This document shows positions 27,270 to 32,000 of a stretch of 32,000 bases of DNA, in pieces. The stretch is taken from contig NC_000917.1 in the NCBI RefSeq assembly GCF_000008665.1, forward strand, positions 1,080,001 to 1,112,000, written 5' to 3'. The position numbers and the translations under genes were made by a program. The DNA is from Archaeoglobus fulgidus DSM 4304. Lineage in GTDB: Archaea; Halobacteriota; Archaeoglobi; Archaeoglobales; Archaeoglobaceae. Positions within the stretch are counted from its first letter, which is position 1. Each line of letters starts with the position of its first letter. The notes below the pieces were generated by a model. The model ran no database searches and was not told where the DNA came from. It saw only the letters and a program-made list of their open reading frames with translations.

Positions 27270-28577
27270 CTAAGTGTCGGCAAGCCTTCCCGCAAGGTAG
27301 TCGTCGTAAGCCTGCAAGTCAAGCAATCCGTGACCGCTGAAGCCGAAGACGATTACCTTCTCCTCGTTGTTCTCCCTCGCCTTAATGGCCTCATCAATCG
27401 CCGCCCTCACTGCGTGGTTGGTTTCCGGAGCGGGGATTATGCCCTCCGTTCTGGCGAAGAGCAACCCGGCCTCGAATGTTGGAAGCTGCTTCACCGCCCT
27501 TGCCTTAATTACGCCGTGCTTGACAAGCATGCAGAGTGTTGGAGCGTCACCGTGGTACCTAAGCCCACCAGCGTGGATTGGAGGTGGGATGAAGTCGTGG
27601 CCGAGGGTGTACATCTTCAGAAGGGGTGTCAGGCCTGCAACATCACCGAAATCGTACTTGTACTCTCCTGCCGTCAACGTGGGGCAGGCAGCGGGCTCAA
27701 CAGCGATGATTTCCAGATCACCATTCTTCGCGTCGTTAACGAAGGGGTAAGTGAGGCCTGCAAAGTTGCTACCACCACCCACACAGCCAATCAGCACGTC
27801 AGGCTTCTCATCAACCTTCTCAAGCTGCGCCTTGGTTTCAAGGCCAATAACAGTCTGGTGAAGCAGGACGTGGTTCAGAACGCTTCCAAGGCTGTACTTG
27901 GTGTTCTCGTTTTTGGCAGCATCCTCAATGGCCTCGCTAATGGCTATACCCAAACTCCCCGGCGTGTCGGGATTCTCTGCAAGAATCTTCCTGCCCACTT
28001 CCGTTCTGTCGCTGGGAGATGGAATGACTTCTCCACCCCACGTCTCCATCATCACCCTCCTGTAGGGCTTCTGCATGAAGCTTACTTTAACCATGTAAAC
28101 CGTGCACGCCATCTCGAAGAGCTTCGTTGCGAAGCACAAAGCTGAACCCCACTGTCCCGCTCCGGTTTCAGTGGTGAGTCTCTCAACTCCCTCCTTCGCG
28201 TTGTAGTAGGCCTGCGCAACGGCGGTGTTGGGCTTGTGGCTGCCCGGAGGGCTTGCCCCCTCGTACTTGAAATAAATCCTTGCTGGAGTTTTCAGAGCCT
28301 TTTCAAGCCTCTCAGCCCTTACCAGAGGTGTTGGACGCCAGATTCTGTAAATTTCCCTTACATCCTCCGGAATCCTTATCCACCTCTCGCCACTCATCTC
28401 CTGCTGAATCAGCCCTTTCGGAAAAATCGGCTCCAAATCTTCTGGCTTTACAGGCTCCTGCGTTGCGGGATGGAGCGGTGGAGGGAGAGGTTCGGGCAGA
28501 TCGGGCAGAACGTTGTACCACTCCTTCGGCATCTCGCTCTCATCAAGCATTATCTTTTTCATGCACCATGAGAGCAT
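27270..28577 (-). CDS. trpB2: Tryptophan synthase beta chain, TrpB2 type
   Basis: [70 protein letters not shown]; [13 protein letters not shown]-terminal extension typical of TrpB2. The true start may be an internal ATG. Confidence 0.94.
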
Positions 28578-28658
28578 TCATTTTATTTAAGTTTTTTCCC
28601 ATTAAATGGGAACATTCTCAGCAAGAAAACATTTAAAACGAATTGGAGAGAGCGAAGC

Positions 28659-29915
28659 ATGAAGCTTGATAAGTCGAGAAAGCTCTACGCTGAAGCTTTG
28701 AATCTGATGCCCGGAGGTGTAAGCAGCCCCGTTAGGGCTTTCAAGCCGCATCCCTTTTACACCGCAAGGGGAAAGGGCTCTAAAATTTACGACGTTGATG
28801 GAAACGCTTACATAGACTACTGCATGGCCTATGGCCCGCTGGTTCTTGGCCATGCAAATGAGGTGGTAAAGAACGCCTTGGCGGAGCAGCTTGAAAGGGG
28901 CTGGCTCTATGGAACCCCCATAGAGCTTGAAATTGAGTATGCGAAGCTAATTCAGAAGTACTTCCCCTCAATGGAGATGCTCAGGTTTGTGAACACGGGC
29001 AGCGAGGCAACGATGGCTGCCTTAAGGGTTGCGAGAGGCTTTACAGGGAGGGACAAAATTGTCAAGGTCGAGGGGAGCTTTCACGGTGCGCATGATGCCG
29101 TTCTTGTTAAGGCTGGAAGCGGTGCCACAACCCACGGCATTCCCAATTCTGCGGGAGTCCCCGCTGACTTCGTCAAAAACACTCTGCAGGTGCCCTTCAA
29201 CGACATTGAGGCTCTATCCGAAATTCTGGAGAAAAATGAGGTAGCAGCATTAATCCTTGAGCCCGTGATGGGCAACTCGTCCCTGATTCTGCCTGAGAAA
29301 GATTATCTGAAGGAGGTAAGAAAAGTTACGGCCGAGAACGACGTCCTGCTGATTTTCGATGAAGTTATTACTGGCTTCAGGGTATCGATGGGCGGAGCGC
29401 AGGAGTATTACGGAGTTAAGCCCGACTTAACAACTCTTGGAAAGATTGCTGGAGGTGGGTTGCCCATAGGGATTTTTGGCGGAAGAAAGGAGATAATGGA
29501 GAGGGTTGCTCCTTCGGGAGACGTTTATCAGGCCGGAACCTTCAGCGGGAACCCTCTGAGCCTCACTGCCGGTTACGCAACTGTGAAGTTCATGGAGGAG
29601 AACGGAGTGATTGAGAAAGTCAACTCCCTCACCGAGAAACTCGTTTCGGGCATAGCTGACGTTCTGGAGGATAAAAAGGCTGAATGTGAGGTTGGGAGTT
29701 TGGCTTCAATGTTCTGCATATACTTCGGCCCAACTCCGAGAAACTACGCCGAAGCCTTGCAGCTCAACAAGGAGAGGTTCATGGAGTTCTTCTGGAGAAT
29801 GCTTGAGAATGGAGTTTTTCTGCCACCATCTCAGTACGAGACCTGCTTTGTAAGCTTCGCCCACACCGAGGAGGATGTTGAAAAAACTGTGGAGGCGGTG
29901 AGCGAATCGTTATGA
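28659..29915 (+). CDS. hemL: Glutamate-1-semialdehyde 2,1-aminomutase
   Basis: [50 protein letters not shown]; [45 protein letters not shown]. Confidence 0.97.
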   Translation: MKLDKSRKLYAEALNLMPGGVSSPVRAFKPHPFYTARGKGSKIYDVDGNAYIDYCMAYGPLVLGHANEVVKNALAEQLERGWLYGTPIELEIEYAKLIQKYFPSMEMLRFVNTGSEATMAALRVARGFTGRDKIVKVEGSFHGAHDAVLVKAGSGATTHGIPNSAGVPADFVKNTLQVPFNDIEALSEILEKNEVAALILEPVMGNSSLILPEKDYLKEVRKVTAENDVLLIFDEVITGFRVSMGGAQEYYGVKPDLTTLGKIAGGGLPIGIFGGRKEIMERVAPSGDVYQAGTFSGNPLSLTAGYATVKFMEENGVIEKVNSLTEKLVSGIADVLEDKKAECEVGSLASMFCIYFGPTPRNYAEALQLNKERFMEFFWRMLENGVFLPPSQYETCFVSFAHTEEDVEKTVEAVSESL

Positions 29916-30781
29916 AGCTCATTGTGGGGACAAGGGGCAGCAAGCTCGCTTTAGCCCAGACAAACAAGGTTGCTGAGAGGCTGAAGGAGAGGTACGAGGT
30001 AGAAATCAGGATTGTGAAGACTGCAGGGGACATAATGAAGGACAAGCCCCTCTACGAGTTCAAGGGGATGGGGGCCTTTGTCAGGGCTCTGGACACGGCT
30101 CTGGCCGAGGGGAAGGTGGACGTGGCTGTCCACAGCTTCAAGGACGTGCCGAGCCAGAGGGTGGAGGGGACAGTTGTTGCCGCGGTGATTGAGAGGGATT
30201 CTCCATGTGACGTGCTCATTTCAAGGGACGGAAGCACTCTGGAGGAGCTTGATGAGGGTGCTGTGGTTGGAACCTCAAGTCTTAGAAGGAGGGCACAGCT
30301 TTCGAGGCTGAGGGGGGATCTGAGGTTCGAGAATCTCAGGGGAAACCTTGACACAAGGCTGAGGAAGCTGAGAGAGGGCAATTACGACGCTATAGTGGTT
30401 GCGGAGGCTGGTTTGAAGAGGCTGGGGCTTGACAGGGAGGTTGAGTATCAGCCCTTCCCGCCTGAGGTGATTGTCCCCCCTGCCAATCAGGGAATAATTG
30501 CGATAGCCACGAGGAAGGGTGAGGAGGATCTGGTTGCTTTCCTCAATGACGAGAAGACTTGGCTGGAGGCGATGGTTGAGAGAGCTGTAATAAAGGAGCT
30601 TGGTGTTGGCTGCGCTGTTCCGGTAGGTGTTTACGCTGAAGCTCAAAGCAGAGTAAGGCTGATTTGCGAGATTCTTGACAAAAAGTATTTGAGAGTTGAG
30701 GAGAAGCTTTCGAAGGATACAGCAGTTGAGGAGGCTGCTGAAATAGGCAAAGATCTCAGGAAGGAGATCTATGGTGGGTAA
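29912..30781 (+). CDS. hemC: Hydroxymethylbilane synthase (porphobilinogen deaminase)
   Basis: [23 protein letters not shown]; [32 protein letters not shown]; [11 protein letters not shown]; [13 protein letters not shown]; [11 protein letters not shown]. Confidence 0.97.
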   Translation: MKLIVGTRGSKLALAQTNKVAERLKERYEVEIRIVKTAGDIMKDKPLYEFKGMGAFVRALDTALAEGKVDVAVHSFKDVPSQRVEGTVVAAVIERDSPCDVLISRDGSTLEELDEGAVVGTSSLRRRAQLSRLRGDLRFENLRGNLDTRLRKLREGNYDAIVVAEAGLKRLGLDREVEYQPFPPEVIVPPANQGIIAIATRKGEEDLVAFLNDEKTWLEAMVERAVIKELGVGCAVPVGVYAEAQSRVRLICEILDKKYLRVEEKLSKDTAVEEAAEIGKDLRKEIYGG

Positions 30782-31505
30782 GGTTTACATCGTTGGGGCG
30801 GGGCCCGGAAAGAAGGATTTGCTCACCTTAAGAGCCTACGAGCTCATAAAGAGGGCCGATGTTATTCTGCACGACGAGTTGATAGGGGAGGTTGCTGAGC
30901 TACTCAAGGAGAGCAGGGCTGAAATCGTGGATGTGGGAAAGAGGAGCGGAAGGCACAAGAAGAGGCAGGAGGAGATAAACAAACTTCTGGTTGAGTACGC
31001 AAGGCAGGGAAAAACAGTGGTGAGGCTTAAAGGCGGAGACCCCTGCGTTTTTGGAAGGGGTGGGGAGGAAGCAGAGTTTCTGGCAAAGCACGGCATCCCC
31101 TTTGAATTTGTGCCGGGAGTGACTTCAGCCATTGCAGTTCCAGAGGCTGTCGGAATTCCCGTCACCCACCGCCGCTACGACCCTGCCTTGGTGTTTATCA
31201 CTGGAAGGGAGAGCAGGGAGAGGCTGAACTGGAAGGCACTGGCTGAGCTTAACGCCACCATCGTGATTCTAATGGGAGTTTCGAGAATTCCTGAAATAGC
31301 AAAAAATCTTCTTGAGCATGGCAAAGATCCGGAAACGGAGGTGGCTATAATAGAGAGCGGTTTTTCCGACAGGGAGAGGGTTATTTTAACCACTCTCGGG
31401 AAAATGGCCGAAAGGGCTGAGAAGGAAAGAGTTAAGCCTCCAGCAATCATCGTCATAGGCAAGGTTGTGGAGCTTTACGGCGTTTTGTCCAGATGGCTGG
31501 GTTAA
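30771..31505 (+). CDS. cobA: Uroporphyrinogen-III C-methyltransferase
   Basis: [39 protein letters not shown]; VRLKGGDPCVFGRGGEEAEFLAKHGIPFEFVPGVTSAIAVPEAVGIPVTHR. Confidence 0.95.
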   Translation: MVGKVYIVGAGPGKKDLLTLRAYELIKRADVILHDELIGEVAELLKESRAEIVDVGKRSGRHKKRQEEINKLLVEYARQGKTVVRLKGGDPCVFGRGGEEAEFLAKHGIPFEFVPGVTSAIAVPEAVGIPVTHRRYDPALVFITGRESRERLNWKALAELNATIVILMGVSRIPEIAKNLLEHGKDPETEVAIIESGFSDRERVILTTLGKMAERAEKERVKPPAIIVIGKVVELYGVLSRWLG

Positions 31506-31535
31506 TCTTTTTAAGTTCTGGTGGAAATATTAAAT

Positions 31536-32000
31536 ATGGCAATAGACCTCTCCGGCGTGGGAACGAAGTATGAAATAGATACTCCCGATGGCAAGGTAGC
31601 GGTCGTTTTTCTTGACACGGGTAAAATACAGCTTTACATTTTGGAAAAAAGTTGTGGCAAGCCGTGCTGCGTAACTCTAACGGCCGAAGAGGCAAGGAGA
31701 GTTGCAAGCGTTCTTTCGGGCTCAATTCTGGAGCGGGAAGAAGAGGGTATGGAACTCTCCCTTCCGGGACTTGCAGAACTTAGAATAGCCGTCCACACCT
31801 ACACAGTTCCGAAGAGGCTGTCAGGGAAGAGCATAGGTGAGCTGGGAATAAGAAGCAAGACAGGAGCAACGGTGATAGCGGTTTTGAAGAAGGAGAAGAC
31901 AATAATCAGCCCCTCTCCAGAAACCGTTCTTGAGCCTGGGGATAAGGTGGTTGTCATAGGTGAGAAGCACCAGATAGAGAACTTCGAGAAGTTCCTCAGG
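31536..32000 (+). CDS. TrkA-C (RCK_C) domain protein, KhtT-like; runs off the window
   Basis: Hand translation, 155 codons open to the edge: MAIDLSGVGTKYEIDTPDGKVAVVFLDTGK...HTYTVPKRLSGKSIGELGIRSKTGATVIAVLKKEKTIISPSPETVLEPGDKVVVIGEKHQIENFEKFLR. Confidence 0.85.
   Translation, partial: MAIDLSGVGTKYEIDTPDGKVAVVFLDTGKIQLYILEKSCGKPCCVTLTAEEARRVASVLSGSILEREEEGMELSLPGLAELRIAVHTYTVPKRLSGKSIGELGIRSKTGATVIAVLKKEKTIISPSPETVLEPGDKVVVIGEKHQIENFEKFLR

Noticed and set aside
27234-28145. 303-aa plus-strand ORF opposite trpB2, plus 28236-28636
   Set aside because: Antisense to a full, well-conserved TrpB2. The protein is not plausible.
1-32000. CRISPR arrays, insertion sequences, integrases, toxin-antitoxin pairs, prophage genes
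   Set aside because: No regularly spaced repeats, transposase or integrase motifs, or TA-like gene pairs were seen. Gene content is core chromosomal.
1-32000. tRNA, rRNA or C/D-box sRNA genes in intergenic gaps
   Set aside because: Gaps are mostly under 200 bp, and by eye none held a tRNA-like cloverleaf, GGTTCGA-type T loop or convincing C/D box pair. tRNAscan-SE or snoscan was not run.

Overview
This window looks like ordinary archaeal chromosome, and the gene order and protein sequences are consistent with Archaeoglobus fulgidus. That attribution is from recognition, not a search. It is densely packed, mostly with housekeeping and metabolic genes. They are: a partial F420H2:NADP oxidoreductase-like gene; a BKACE enzyme; an ADP-forming acyl-CoA synthetase coupled to a BioD-like/DRTGG protein; ubiX with a CetZ-like tubulin; class I lysS; a radical SAM gene; DUF2551; uppS; aRF1; a sodium:solute symporter; a DMT transporter; an HD-domain gene; a TrmB-family regulator; PHP; NUDIX; TFS; a multiheme cytochrome c; an HdrA-MvhD-type fusion; trpB2; hemL, hemC and a uroporphyrinogen-III methyltransferase; and a partial TrkA-C protein. 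No CRISPR array, mobile element, tRNA or rRNA was recognised. The strongest candidate for an under-described system is a minus-strand envelope cluster at 14690-20623. It encodes an RND/MMPL permease, a Met-rich multi-domain surface protein, small proteins that look partly roadblock/LC7-like, and a coiled-coil membrane protein. A TrmB-type regulator faces it across a short promoter containing an inverted repeat around a TATA element. Two genes are interrupted by apparent single-frameshift events: the surface protein near 19260 and an eight-CXXCH cytochrome near 23585. Other notable points are an unlisted 31-aa membrane ORF whose stop codon lies in the symporter's Shine-Dalgarno, and a duplicated 14-bp motif in the cytochrome/hdrA intergenic region.
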